The notes: generated by a model from the letters alone, not told the origin. Shown: positions 38,227 through 48,854, counted from the first letter of the stretch. The stretch: DNA of 64,000 nt from Bacteroidales bacterium UBA1077 (GCA_002314195.1 DCCQ01000074.1:4933-68932); one strand, 5' to 3'. Translations and numbers: made by a program.

Positions 38227-41200
38227 TTATTTTCGAGGGAAGCGGACGGTGAAACAAGCCCCCTTGAGGGTGAATGACTTTGAGTAGAAGATCTCGCCGT
38301 TGCATTTTTCAAGAATATTCCTGCATATCGACAGTCCCAGGCCGGTTCCGTTGCTCTTCGTCGTGAAGTTAGGCGTGAAGAGTTTCGAGCGGTTCTCCTC
38401 GCTGACTCCAGGACCGTTGTCTTCGAAGACGATGTCGTAGAAGCCATCTTTGGAGGACAGGCGCAAGGACACCACGATCCGTCCCTGGAATGGTTCCAAT
38501 CCTTTTTCTTCAGTTTCAGCCTGTGCGTTCTCGATTGCCTGGACGGCGTTGTTGATCAGGTTTACGAACACGCGTGTGAGCTGAGGTTTCGGACCCATGA
38601 CCGAAGCGTTGTCGAGCCCCATGTAGGAGAACTTGATGTTGTCCCTGCTGTCGAACAGGTCGATTTCTTCCTTCAGAAGGTTGTCCAGATTGATTTCCAC
38701 CGGCTCCTCGGTGTAGAGTTTGGCGAATGTCGAGAATTCGTTGGCGGTGTCGGCCAACAGATCTATCTGCTTGAGAACCTCCACTGAAATTTCGTCGAAC
38801 CTGTCGGCCCATGCCGGATTCCCGTTGCTCTTCATCCTGATAAGCCTCTGAATCTGAAGTTTTATCGGAGTCAAAGGGTTCTTGATCTCATGGGCGACCT
38901 GACGCGCCATTGTCGCCCAGGCCTTGTCCCTTTCCGCCTGAGTGAGCTTCCTTGTGGAGTTGTAGAGATCGTGCACCATCAGATTGTAAGCCCTGACCAG
39001 CCGCGCGACCTCGTCGTCCCGCTCATAGACGATATATTCAAGATTGTTGATGCTGGCTTCATTCATCTTCCGCCCCATTTCGGACAGAGGCTTGAACATC
39101 TTGTCCACAGCCGTGGCCATTATGAACCTTGCCAGAAGCAGCAGTATCATGAACACGGTGACGACAGAGATGGAATGCAGCACGGCTTCCGACTTGAAAT
39201 CGAAACTCTCGTCTGTGAACGGTGAACACATGATGGCGATCATCTTGCCTTGCGCGTTGAACACCGGAGCGTAGAGGAAATATGTCGGTTTGGCTCCGAT
39301 GTACTCCTTCCCTATGTAGTACCTTTTATTTTTGTAGATGATGCTTTCAAACGCGTCCGGATTCATCCTGGAACCGAGCAACATCCTGTCGAACACTTCG
39401 GGAGTGGTGGAGCGGAATTCTTTGCCGTTCGTGGTGTAGAGGGTTATGTCGGACTTCATCGTGTTGCTGATGTCTTCCAGAATCATCGACGCCTCTTGTG
39501 AACTGAAATCGGAGAAGTCCTGGACATAGCGGCATCTTGCCTGAAGCAGGGTCTGCAGCGAGTTAACCTTGTCCGCCATCGAGGATTTAAGGTTGGCGCT
39601 GTTTCTCCTGTAGACGAACAGCACACTGACACCCGCCAGGGTGATGAGCGTCATGATTAGAGCCAGAAGCATTGCGGCGTTGATCCTGGATTTGTAGTAG
39701 TTGCTCTCGCGATGCCGCGGATGTACACGGGTGAGCGTCATGAGAGTGAGGCAGAAATAGAAGACCAAAGTCAGGAAAAGGAAGGCCACGATGTAGGAGA
39801 AATCCTCTGTCTTCGGCCTGGAGACAATGATAAGGTCATCATCGGAGATCTTGTTGACGAAATGAGTGTAGCCGTTCATCCGCACCACCCCGTCAACCGC
39901 CTCGTCGATTTCGTGCTCAAGGTCTTCATCCACGATTGTCGGGTAGGAATAATTTCCCTTGTAGGAAGTCAGCACCTTGCCGGAATACTTCGCGTATGAA
40001 TATCTTGCCGGAATCAGCACGTCCCCGGGGGCCGAATATCCCAGCAGGCGGGCATAGCCCCTGTTCTCGCGGTTTGACTTAGGCGACACCCTCATGAGCA
40101 TCATCGTGACACCGTTGCCGTAGTTATAGTAGGCGAAACTGCCGGCATATAGACTGTGGCCGCTTGCGTCCCTCAAGTACCTGAATCTTGAGCCGTCGGA
40201 AATCGCCTTTCCTCGGCTGACCATTTCGGTGAAATAGGCTATCGCGCCCTTGTCCCTTACGCTTTCTGGAAACAGTTCCACCGCGATGTCGTAGTCCTGC
40301 GCCGCCATCGGCATGTAACTTTCTATTATTCTGTTCAGGATTATGCCGTTGCTGTTCTGAATGGCCGAGAGAGTGCCGATCAGTTGGTCGGACGCGATTT
40401 TGTCTTCCACGCGGCGGAGTTCCAGTTCGAGGCTGATGTCGCGCTCTATTGACAGCCTGTTGGCCCACACGTTGACCCTGTTCTGCTCCTTGCGGAACCC
40501 CAGAGTTCCGGCCATGATCACCATGTAGGAGGCGAAGATGACAGCCGTGACGGTCCTGCCGCCTGCAGAGAACAGATCGTGCCTGATTCCGAACAGGCGC
40601 TTGAGCGCCGGCATGAGCATCTGGGTCAACAGCGGGACTGTCATCAGCAGCCCTGTCAGCATCAGGTAGACCAGCAGACTGAATATGTTGAGGTCATTCA
40701 GCCTGTAGAGTTCCAGTGAGATGTTGGAGTTCAGGATGACACTTCTGAATATCACATGGACGAAGACCAGGACGCCCGTGGTAAGAAGAAGCACGAATAT
40801 GGCATAGATCCAAAGGGACAACTTCACACGCCTTGTCTTGAGGATGCGCCTGAATATGTCGTTTCTTGTCACGAACGTGCAGCCGATGCACAGTATGATA
40901 AGCAAGACAGTGATAAGCACAGCTCCAAGAGAATTGAACAACTGGCCGTCGGCATAGACCGTCGGCGAGAAAAGTCTTGAGCTGTTCTTCATGTTCTCTC
41001 CCCAGAAGTATGTGGCCGCTATCACTGCCATGAGCCCTCCGAGGACCAGCAGGAGCCGTTTCATGCTTTTTTTCTCTGCCAGGTGCAGAAGGGATGCGGT
41101 GATGAAACAGATTATCGCCAGCCAAATCATTGTGGAGTGTGTCGCCGCGGGCTGGCCCGAGACAGGACTCGACATGATTTTGAACACAGGTTTGCCATCG

Positions 41201-41787
41201 AATGTTACTGCGGAGCCGCTGCTTTCCGACAGGGGGACAATCATATAACCCCGCCCAAGGCCGAGTTTGCTGTTCACCCCGTTCGGACTGTCTTCTGACA
41301 TAGAGTCAACAATCTCCAGTCCGGCGATCACCTTCCGGCTTCCCAAGGACTCGGATTTCACCAGGTACCATTTCTGCCCATAATTGGCGAAGGATGGCTC
41401 CTGAATGACTTCGGCGAGCGGGGAGTTAATGCTTTCTCCGGGCTTGGAGAGCCGCGGAAACACAATCCTTGACGCGATGTCGTCGTTCCTGACCGGGAAC
41501 TGGTTGCTCCACGACTGAAGAGTGTCTTCTATGTACCTGTAGATGACCATGTCGGACGGCACGTTATTGTGCCCGGCCCACACCCTTCGGTCAGCCGTGA
41601 GGGCGGACCCGATGTAGTCATCCAGAATGTGCATTCTGTCGCTGACGGCCCTGCTGACCTTGCCCGCCTCCCTTTCCGTGTTGCCGGGAAGCTTGCTGAT
41701 GGACAGCGAGAAGAACAGAAGAATGACGGCGGACGCCAGAAACACTCCTGCCAGACAACTCTTTATGCCAAACCTTTTGACCTTCAT
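38227..41787 (-). CDS. large multi-TM sensor histidine kinase (NtrY-like)
   Basis: AWATMARQVAHEIKNPLTP H-box, N, DNGPG, FTPNFTTK, GTGLGL boxes; start placed at ATG 41787. Confidence 0.93.
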   Translation of the reverse strand: MKVKRFGIKSCLAGVFLASAVILLFFSLSISKLPGNTEREAGKVSRAVSDRMHILDDYIGSALTADRRVWAGHNNVPSDMVIYRYIEDTLQSWSNQFPVRNDDIASRIVFPRLSKPGESINSPLAEVIQEPSFANYGQKWYLVKSESLGSRKVIAGLEIVDSMSEDSPNGVNSKLGLGRGYMIVPLSESSGSAVTFDGKPVFKIMSSPVSGQPAATHSTMIWLAIICFITASLLHLAEKKSMKRLLLVLGGLMAVIAATYFWGENMKNSSRLFSPTVYADGQLFNSLGAVLITVLLIILCIGCTFVTRNDIFRRILKTRRVKLSLWIYAIFVLLLTTGVLVFVHVIFRSVILNSNISLELYRLNDLNIFSLLVYLMLTGLLMTVPLLTQMLMPALKRLFGIRHDLFSAGGRTVTAVIFASYMVIMAGTLGFRKEQNRVNVWANRLSIERDISLELELRRVEDKIASDQLIGTLSAIQNSNGIILNRIIESYMPMAAQDYDIAVELFPESVRDKGAIAYFTEMVSRGKAISDGSRFRYLRDASGHSLYAGSFAYYNYGNGVTMMLMRVSPKSNRENRGYARLLGYSAPGDVLIPARYSYAKYSGKVLTSYKGNYSYPTIVDEDLEHEIDEAVDGVVRMNGYTHFVNKISDDDLIIVSRPKTEDFSYIVAFLFLTLVFYFCLTLMTLTRVHPRHRESNYYKSRINAAMLLALIMTLITLAGVSVLFVYRRNSANLKSSMADKVNSLQTLLQARCRYVQDFSDFSSQEASMILEDISNTMKSDITLYTTNGKEFRSTTPEVFDRMLLGSRMNPDAFESIIYKNKRYYIGKEYIGAKPTYFLYAPVFNAQGKMIAIMCSPFTDESFDFKSEAVLHSISVVTVFMILLLLARFIMATAVDKMFKPLSEMGRKMNEASINNLEYIVYERDDEVARLVRAYNLMVHDLYNSTRKLTQAERDKAWATMARQVAHEIKNPLTPIKLQIQRLIRMKSNGNPAWADRFDEISVEVLKQIDLLADTANEFSTFAKLYTEEPVEINLDNLLKEEIDLFDSRDNIKFSYMGLDNASVMGPKPQLTRVFVNLINNAVQAIENAQAETEEKGLEPFQGRIVVSLRLSSKDGFYDIVFEDNGPGVSEENRSKLFTPNFTTKSNGTGLGLSICRNILEKCNGEIFYSKSFTLKGACFTVRFPRK

Positions 41788-42257
41788 TCGTGATGATATG
41801 GTTCTCCTTTGATTATGGTGAATGCCCTGTAAAGCTGCTCTGTGAAGATCGTCCTGACCATCTGGTGCGAAAAAGTCATCTTCGACAATGAGACCTTTCC
41901 GTTGCACCTGGCATAGACTGCCTCTGAGAAGCCGTAGGCGCCGCCGATCACAAATACAATATCTTTGCCACCGCCGAGCGTCATCTTCCTGATCTCGTCG
42001 GCGAATTCGATTGATCGGTACTCTTTGCCGTGCTCGTCAAGCAGGATAACCCTGTCTGCCGGTTTTATGTTTTTGAGTATCTGCTCCCCTTCTTTGTCCT
42101 TGATCTGCGCTTTCGACAGTGCGGACGTGTTTTTCAACTCGGGAATCTCACAGATCGTGAACGGCACATAATGTGACAGTCTGGAGGAATATGTCTCCAG
42201 GCCTTCACGCACCCAGGATATGTCGGTTTTTCCGACTGCCAGTAAAGAAATCTTCAT
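41784..42257 (-). CDS. rlmH: 23S rRNA pseudouridine-1915 methyltransferase
   Basis: FVIGGAYGF, SLSKMTFSHQMVR, EQLYRA...PYHHE. Confidence 0.97.
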   Translation of the reverse strand: MKISLLAVGKTDISWVREGLETYSSRLSHYVPFTICEIPELKNTSALSKAQIKDKEGEQILKNIKPADRVILLDEHGKEYRSIEFADEIRKMTLGGGKDIVFVIGGAYGFSEAVYARCNGKVSLSKMTFSHQMVRTIFTEQLYRAFTIIKGEPYHHE

Positions 42258-42314
42258 CACTGCAAAAATAATGAAGATGTTGTGATATTCAAAAAAAGGA
42301 TTGTCCAGGAGGCA

Positions 42315-42330
42315 TGGCTCGGATTTTGCA
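42315..42330 (+). promoter_or_regulatory. putative sigma-54 -24/-12 promoter
   Basis: TGGCTCGGATTTTGCA = GG-N10-GC, 17 nt before the DUF4783 ATG. Confidence 0.5.
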
Positions 42331-42346
42331 AAAAATAATTCTCTTT

Positions 42347-42751
42347 ATGAAGGTATTCGCGAAGATATTCACGGCACTTTCGGTGCTCTTGTCCTGTGTC
42401 AACGGCAACGCCGCCGCTGACAATTACGATGTCTTCGTGCCGATAGCGAAGTACCTTGGGATGGGAGACGCCGAGAAACTGTCCGCTTGGTTTGATGACA
42501 ACCTGGAGATCACCATAATGTCAACAACCAATGATTCCAGCAAGAACCAGGCGAAGCAGATTCTGAAGGCCTTTTTTGACAATCACACCCCTCGTTCATT
42601 CGAAATCCGTCACACCGCGTCCAGGTCAAACTCCAAGTACGCCCTTGGTTTTCTGAATGCGGGCGGCGAAGTCTTTGAGGTCACGATTTTTGTCAGTGAC
42701 TGCGGGGGAAGGTACAAGATCCAGCAACTGAAGATTGACAGAATCCGATGA
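42347..42751 (+). CDS. DUF4783 family secreted protein
   Basis: Signal peptide; GDAEKLSAWFDDNLEI...SKNQAKQILKAFF...P. Confidence 0.8.
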   Translation: MKVFAKIFTALSVLLSCVNGNAAADNYDVFVPIAKYLGMGDAEKLSAWFDDNLEITIMSTTNDSSKNQAKQILKAFFDNHTPRSFEIRHTASRSNSKYALGFLNAGGEVFEVTIFVSDCGGRYKIQQLKIDRIR

Positions 42752-42770
42752 TTCCGTCTTTGGAGACTTA

Positions 42771-45308
42771 ATGATGACAACCCGTTTCGGAAACATACTT
42801 GGAACTCTATCTGTAACCATCATTCTGACGATTCTTTCCTTTACAAACGCCAATGCTCAGGCCACAAAGGTGAAGGGGCGTGTCGTTGATGCGTCCACCG
42901 GCGAAGGTATTCCTTTCGCCGGGGTGTATTTCAAAAATTCCACTGTCGGCGTGTCGGCGGATCTGGACGGCTATTATTTCCTGGAAACAAGAGACACACT
43001 GTCTCTTCTGTCCGCTTCCATCCTGGGTTATGAGGAACAGGTGGTGAAGGTGAACCTGCATAGATTCAATGAGGTCAACTTTGCCCTCAGACCGGTTGTC
43101 GACGAACTTAACGCGGCACTCGTGAAACCTGACGACCGCTACATGCGCTCTATCCTCAAGAAAATCGATGAGGCCAAGTCCAGGAACAATCCAGAGAGGC
43201 GGAGGCTGTACAGCTGCGATGTCTATACCAAGATGGAATTGGATGTCACCAATCCTGAAAACCCTATGATCAGCAGTTTCCTGCCTAAGGACTTCAAGTT
43301 TGTCTATGACTATATGGACACGTCCGTTGTGTCGGGAATGCCTTTCCTTCCTGTCCTTATCTCGGAGACCACATCCAGGTACTATCACCGCAAGGACCCG
43401 CCTTCCGACAGGGAGGTCATAAAGGCGACCAGAATATCTGGTGTCGACAAGAATCCGATCCTTGCCCAATTCACAGGTAATATGTACGTTAAGACGAATT
43501 TCTACGAAAACTACATCAACATCTTTCAGGTGGAGATTCCGTCACCTTTGGCATCCAACGGCATGACATATTACAACTACTACCTTGTCGACAGTCTTCA
43601 GATTGATGGCCGCAAGACCTACAAGATCCGTTTCCACCCTTCCAAGTGGGTGTCCTCGCCGACATTTGACGGAGAAATGTCCATAGATGCCGGCGAATAT
43701 GCTCTAAGGGATATTCATGTGAGGCTGAAGAAAGGCTCGAACGTGAACTGGGTCAGGGACATGACCATCGATGTTGTGAACACCCGCCTGCCTGATTCGA
43801 CATGGTTCTACAAGCAGGACAGAATGTATGTGGATTTCTCTCCGACGACACGTGACTCGTCCAAGATCGTGACATTTCTGGGAAACCGCCAGATTGACTA
43901 TTCGAACCCTGATTTCGCCACGACCTACAGAGAGGACAAGGATGACATGAGCGCTCAGGTACAGGCCGGTAAGGATGTCATCAACAATGACGAGTCCTAT
44001 TGGCAGGGCGTGCGCCCGTTTCCTTTGAGCGATAAGGAGCGGGGAATCTACAATATGGTTGACTCCATCAAGAATGTACCGCTCTACAAGGATGTCTATG
44101 CCCTTGCGGAGATGCTTGTCAACGGCTTCCTCAACACTAAGTACGTCGGTTTCGGACCGTATTCCTCACTGTACAGTTTCAATGAATTGGAGGGTGGAAG
44201 GATTCAGCTTGGAGTCCGCACCACCAAGGATTTCAGCCGCAGGGTAAGGCTCATGGGATATGCCGCATACGGCTTCAAGGACAAGACGTTCAAGGGAGGA
44301 GGTACATTTGAGTACATGTTCAACAACCAGCCGACCAGCAAGCTGACGCTCTCGTACAAGCATGATGTGATGCAGTTGGGCAAGGGGCCGTCGGTCTATG
44401 GCAGCGGAAGCCTGATGTCGTCAGTGCTTGCCAAGGCCAACAGTCAGAAGATGAGCATGGTGAATGACTACGCCCTTTCCTGGCAGAAGGAGTGGACGCA
44501 GAACTTCAATATGATCGTTTCGTTGGAGAGCCGGAGGATATTCTCGAATCCGTTCGTTCCGATGGTTACCCGCGACGGGAACATATTCAATTCGGTCGGA
44601 TATAACCAGGCGCATCTCCAGCTCCGTTTCTCGAAGGAAGAAATCGTGACCCGAGGGGTGTTCGACAAGCATTACATGTACTCGAAGTACCCGGTGGTGA
44701 CGCTGGATCTCATCGGATCGACCAAAGGGATCGGGAAGAATGAATATTCCTACTTCCGCCCCGAGATGTCAATCCATTACACACTGCCGATTCCGCCTCT
44801 TGGGCTGTCAAAGTTCAATCTGAGTTCCGGTACGATAGTGGGAAAGGTGCCGTACCCGATGCTAAAGATTCACGAGGGCAACGGAACCTACACGTTCTCA
44901 AGATATGCATTCAACTGCATGAACTACTACGAGTTCGCCTCCGACCTATGGACAACGTTCTTCTGGGAGCATAATTTCAAAGGTTTCTTCCTTGGCAAGA
45001 TTCCTTTGCTGAAACGGCTTCAGTGGAGGGAAGTGGTCTCGTTGAGAGCGGCTTACGGTACGGTCCGGAGGCAGAACAACGGCATCGTCGGGGATGAGAA
45101 ATCCGGTGCTGTGATGCTGTTCCCGGAGAAGATGGGAAAACTGAACCGTCCGTATGTTGAGATGGGAGCGGGAATCACGAATATATTCAGAATCCTGAGG
45201 ATTGACGCCTTCTGGCGGATGACACACCGCTATGAGATGAAGGACGGGGTGAAGGTCCCGCATGATAACCGCTTCGTGGTCACATTCGGCCTGGAATTCA
45301 GGTTCTAG
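42771..45308 (+). CDS. carboxypeptidase-regulatory-like domain plus DUF5686 outer-membrane protein
   Basis: KGRVVDASTGEGIPFAGV N-domain; PYVEMGAGITNIFRILRID; terminal Phe. Confidence 0.85.
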   Translation: MMTTRFGNILGTLSVTIILTILSFTNANAQATKVKGRVVDASTGEGIPFAGVYFKNSTVGVSADLDGYYFLETRDTLSLLSASILGYEEQVVKVNLHRFNEVNFALRPVVDELNAALVKPDDRYMRSILKKIDEAKSRNNPERRRLYSCDVYTKMELDVTNPENPMISSFLPKDFKFVYDYMDTSVVSGMPFLPVLISETTSRYYHRKDPPSDREVIKATRISGVDKNPILAQFTGNMYVKTNFYENYINIFQVEIPSPLASNGMTYYNYYLVDSLQIDGRKTYKIRFHPSKWVSSPTFDGEMSIDAGEYALRDIHVRLKKGSNVNWVRDMTIDVVNTRLPDSTWFYKQDRMYVDFSPTTRDSSKIVTFLGNRQIDYSNPDFATTYREDKDDMSAQVQAGKDVINNDESYWQGVRPFPLSDKERGIYNMVDSIKNVPLYKDVYALAEMLVNGFLNTKYVGFGPYSSLYSFNELEGGRIQLGVRTTKDFSRRVRLMGYAAYGFKDKTFKGGGTFEYMFNNQPTSKLTLSYKHDVMQLGKGPSVYGSGSLMSSVLAKANSQKMSMVNDYALSWQKEWTQNFNMIVSLESRRIFSNPFVPMVTRDGNIFNSVGYNQAHLQLRFSKEEIVTRGVFDKHYMYSKYPVVTLDLIGSTKGIGKNEYSYFRPEMSIHYTLPIPPLGLSKFNLSSGTIVGKVPYPMLKIHEGNGTYTFSRYAFNCMNYYEFASDLWTTFFWEHNFKGFFLGKIPLLKRLQWREVVSLRAAYGTVRRQNNGIVGDEKSGAVMLFPEKMGKLNRPYVEMGAGITNIFRILRIDAFWRMTHRYEMKDGVKVPHDNRFVVTFGLEFRF

Positions 45309-45356
45309 CGCCAGTGCCTTGATAATAGGAACGGATTGCCTATCTTTGCAAAGATT

Positions 45357-46973
45357 ATGTCCAGAAAATTGACAATATTGCTGCTGACTGTCTTGTCGTC
45401 AGCTTTGCTCAGCGTTCCGTTCCTGGTTCCTGGGACTGGATGGCTGTCTTTGATAGCCTTTGTGCCGCTTCTGTGGGCCGAGGATATCGCCACAGGTGAT
45501 GAAATGAGGGGTTTCTGTTGGTACCACTACCTGTGTTTCGTGCTATGGAATGCGGCCACGACTTTCTGGGTCTGCAATGCCACCGTGGGAGGCGGAATAT
45601 TCGCCATTCTTGCCAACTCTTTCCAGATGTCGTTGATATTCGGGCTGTTCCGTTGGAGCAGAAAGTGGCTTCGAGGTGCGCTTCCTTACATATTCCTCGC
45701 TTTCGCCTGGATCGCGTGGGAGCGGTGGTACCTTACCGACGCTCAGATCAGCTGGCCTTGGCTCGTGCTTGGTAACGCCTTCGCGCGCACGACCGGCTGG
45801 ATCCAGTGGTATGAATATACCGGCACGCTCGGCGGCTCGCTCCTTGTCTGGGCGGCGAACCTCAGTGTCTTCGGCGTCCTTGAATCATTGGCAAACGGAC
45901 GTTGGATGACATTCAACCATAAGGCGAAGTCCGCGGCCTTGCTGGGAACTCTGGCCTTGTTTGTCGCCCCTCATGTCGTGTCCATGTTCCTTAATCCCGA
46001 GCCTTGTGACGAGACTCTTGACGTTGTCATCGCGCAACCGAACATCGACCCGTACAACAAGTTCGGAGGAATGACGCAGGAGGAACAGAACGAACTGTTG
46101 ATCAGTCAGTTTGAGGATCTTCCTGACAGTGTTCCCGTACTGCTTTTGGCTCCGGAGACCTTTACCGGAGACGTGGTGACAAACGACCCTTCGGCCAGCC
46201 CTTCCGTTCAGAGATTCACGTCGTTCCTCAAAGGGCATCCAAACGCCAATCTTCTTGTCGGAGCGTCTTCCAGGACATATCTGAAGAGGGCTCTGAAGCC
46301 TTCATACACAGCCCGCCGTGCAGGGGATGGGGTTTGGATGGAATCACACAATTCAGCCCTGATGCTGGATGCGTTCTCTTTTCCGGAAGTGTTTCATAAA
46401 AGTAAACTGGTCGTCGCCGTAGAGATGACTCCGTATCCCGCGGTCTTCTGCAGGATAGACGATTGGCTCGGTGGCGTGATGGGTCGTTGCATCGGCCAGA
46501 ACGAGGCCGCTCCTCTTCATTTCAATGAATATACCCGCGCTTCGGACGGTACCGCTGTGGTAAAGGAGACGATTCCTGTAGGCTGCGCGGTCTGCTATGA
46601 GTCCGTCTATGGCGAGTACTGCACTGGATATGTCCGTAAAGGAGCCCGGCTCTTGACCGTGATCACCAACGATGCATGGTGGGGGGACACTCCCGGCTAC
46701 AGGCAGCATCTGTCTTACGCCTCGCTTCGGGCCATCGAGACGCGCCGCTGGATCGCGCGCAGCGCCAACACCGGCATCTCTGCCATAATCGATCCGTCCG
46801 GCAAGGTGGTCTCACACACCTCTTGGTGGCGGCCTGAGGTTCTGAAAGGCAAGGTCGGACTCAATGACAGGCAGACTTTCTTTGTCATCCATGGCGATTT
46901 CATCGGCCGCCTCTCCACCCTGATGGCCGCCCTCATCCTCCTCGCCACCATTGTCCGACGTTTCTCCAGGTAA
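45357..46973 (+). CDS. lnt: apolipoprotein N-acyltransferase
   Basis: WPWLVLG, QPNIDP, PET, KSKLV, VCYES, TNDAWW, RAIETRR, RSANTGIS. Confidence 0.93.
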   Translation: MSRKLTILLLTVLSSALLSVPFLVPGTGWLSLIAFVPLLWAEDIATGDEMRGFCWYHYLCFVLWNAATTFWVCNATVGGGIFAILANSFQMSLIFGLFRWSRKWLRGALPYIFLAFAWIAWERWYLTDAQISWPWLVLGNAFARTTGWIQWYEYTGTLGGSLLVWAANLSVFGVLESLANGRWMTFNHKAKSAALLGTLALFVAPHVVSMFLNPEPCDETLDVVIAQPNIDPYNKFGGMTQEEQNELLISQFEDLPDSVPVLLLAPETFTGDVVTNDPSASPSVQRFTSFLKGHPNANLLVGASSRTYLKRALKPSYTARRAGDGVWMESHNSALMLDAFSFPEVFHKSKLVVAVEMTPYPAVFCRIDDWLGGVMGRCIGQNEAAPLHFNEYTRASDGTAVVKETIPVGCAVCYESVYGEYCTGYVRKGARLLTVITNDAWWGDTPGYRQHLSYASLRAIETRRWIARSANTGISAIIDPSGKVVSHTSWWRPEVLKGKVGLNDRQTFFVIHGDFIGRLSTLMAALILLATIVRRFSR

Positions 46974-47043
46974 GCGTCACGACATCCGGTCGCGGACTCT
47001 GTCGTAAGCGGCCGCGCCAATCTGCTAAGCATGAAAAAGGGAC

Positions 47044-48615
47044 CTAAAGCCGGTCCCCTTTCTCATCATAAAGTTCATTCTGCAGGACTGTGAAGTCGGT
47101 CACCTCCACGAGGTTGATCCGGCATTTGTACTTCTTCCTCCATTTCCCGACAAAGGATTTGTCCGAGAGCATAGCGGCCCCTCGTTTCAGGTAGGCCCCC
47201 AGAATCGGGCTGACCTTGAGGGTAAGGTCTGTCTTTCCGTGTTCCACACAGTAGGCAATGTTCCGCTCGATCTGCTCATCGATGACAGCACTTGAGGAAA
47301 TCTTGCCGGTGCCGTGGCACACAGGGCAGACCTCTGCTGTGTTGATCTCGGTTACCGGACGGATCCTCTGTCTGGTAATCTGCATCAGGCCGAACTTGGT
47401 GAGAGGCAGCACGTTGTGCTTTGCCCTGTCACTTTCCATGAGCGTTTGCATGTACTTGTGAAGCTCGTTGCGGTGCTCGCCAGACTCCATGTCGATGAAG
47501 TCCACGATCACTATTCCTCCCATGTCCCTGAGCCTTAACTGCCTGGCAATCTCTTCCGCTGCGATCTTGTTGACCTCGAAGGTGTTCTCCTCCTGATTGT
47601 CGGTCTTGGCACGGATCCCGCTGTTCACGTCGATCACATTCAGGGCCTCGGTCGTCTCGATGACCAGATAGGCTCCCTGCTTCATCGGCACCACCTTGCC
47701 GAACGAACTCTTGATCTGTCTTGTGACCTCGAAATGGTCAAAGATGGGATCCTTGCCGTTGTACAGTTTCACAATCTTTTCCTGATCTGGAGAAATCAAG
47801 GAAATATATTTCTTTATCTCCTCATAGACGGTCTCGTCGTTGACATGGATGTTTGAGAACGAATCGTTCAGAAGATCCCTGAGGATGGTGGTGGTCTTGC
47901 TGTACTCGGTGAAGAGCAGTTGGATGCCCTTTGATTTGGCTACTTTCTTCCAGGATGATTCCCATTTCTCGATCAGAGACTTCAGTTCGGCGACAAGCAC
48001 CGCCGCGTTCTTGCCTTCGGCTGCCGTGCGTATGATCGCTCCATAGTTCTTGGGCAGAATGCTTCTGACCAAAGTCTCAAGCCTTCTTTTCTCTTCCTTG
48101 GAGGAAATCTTTTGGGAAATGCTCACCTTCTCGGCGAAGGGGATCAGTACAATGTTGCGTCCTGCCAATGAAATTTCCGCTGTCAGTCGTGACCCTTTCG
48201 TGGAGATCGGCTCCTTGACGATCTGCACTATCATCATCTGTCCGGGCTTCAGCACATTCTCGATGCGTCCTTCCTTTTCAAGGATAGGCCCTATCTTGAT
48301 GCTCGAATACAACTCTCCGAGATCAGTGTTCGGATTGCTCTTGCGCACGAACTCATCGAACGATGTGAAGTAGAGCCCAAGATCCAGATAATGAACAAAT
48401 GCTTCCTTCTTGTCTCCGATGTCCACAAAGGCAGCGTTGAGCGCAGGAAGAATCTTCTTCACTTTTCCAAGGTAAACATCCCCGACGGAAAAACTGTGCC
48501 CCTTGCTGGACTCCTTGTTGAGTTCAATCAGCCGATGGTTTTCCATCAGCGCGATGTGAACCTCGGTCGATGTGACATCGACGATCAGATCTTTTTCTGA
48601 TTTTTCTGACTCCAT
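47044..48615 (-). CDS. rng: Rne/Rng family ribonuclease
   Basis: S1 domain LNAAFVDIG, IDVNSG, RLRDMGGIVIVDFIDM, CPVCHG; start placed at ATG 48615. Confidence 0.93.
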   Translation of the reverse strand: MESEKSEKDLIVDVTSTEVHIALMENHRLIELNKESSKGHSFSVGDVYLGKVKKILPALNAAFVDIGDKKEAFVHYLDLGLYFTSFDEFVRKSNPNTDLGELYSSIKIGPILEKEGRIENVLKPGQMMIVQIVKEPISTKGSRLTAEISLAGRNIVLIPFAEKVSISQKISSKEEKRRLETLVRSILPKNYGAIIRTAAEGKNAAVLVAELKSLIEKWESSWKKVAKSKGIQLLFTEYSKTTTILRDLLNDSFSNIHVNDETVYEEIKKYISLISPDQEKIVKLYNGKDPIFDHFEVTRQIKSSFGKVVPMKQGAYLVIETTEALNVIDVNSGIRAKTDNQEENTFEVNKIAAEEIARQLRLRDMGGIVIVDFIDMESGEHRNELHKYMQTLMESDRAKHNVLPLTKFGLMQITRQRIRPVTEINTAEVCPVCHGTGKISSSAVIDEQIERNIAYCVEHGKTDLTLKVSPILGAYLKRGAAMLSDKSFVGKWRKKYKCRINLVEVTDFTVLQNELYDEKGDRL

Positions 48616-48671
48616 AAGGAAATAACAATGGTAACAGGTAATTGGCGATTCCGCCAATTGTTTTAAAAACT

Positions 48672-48709
48672 AAAAAAAGGCTGTCCGGCACTTCCGGTCA
48701 GCCTCTTTC
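48672..48709 (-). terminator. intrinsic terminator after the HU-bS22 genes
   Basis: Reverse complement AGAGGCTGACCGG...CCGGACAGCCTTTTTTT. Confidence 0.7.
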
Positions 48710-48747
48710 TTCTAGCAGACTGCTAAAATGGCAGGCACAGAAGCGCA

Positions 48748-48837
48748 TTACTTCTTCTTGTGTCTGTTCTTGCGCAAGCGTTTTTTACGCTTGTGCGTCG
48801 ACATCTTATGTCTCTTTCTTTTCTTTCCGCTTGGCAT
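48748..48837 (-). CDS. 29-aa basic protein, bS22/AURKAIP1-COX24-like small ribosomal protein
   Basis: Hand translation MPSGKKRKRHKMSTHKRKKRLRKNRHKKK; absent from the ORF track. Confidence 0.85.
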   Translation of the reverse strand: MPSGKKRKRHKMSTHKRKKRLRKNRHKKK

Positions 48838-48854
48838 AATTAACAGAATTTAAA

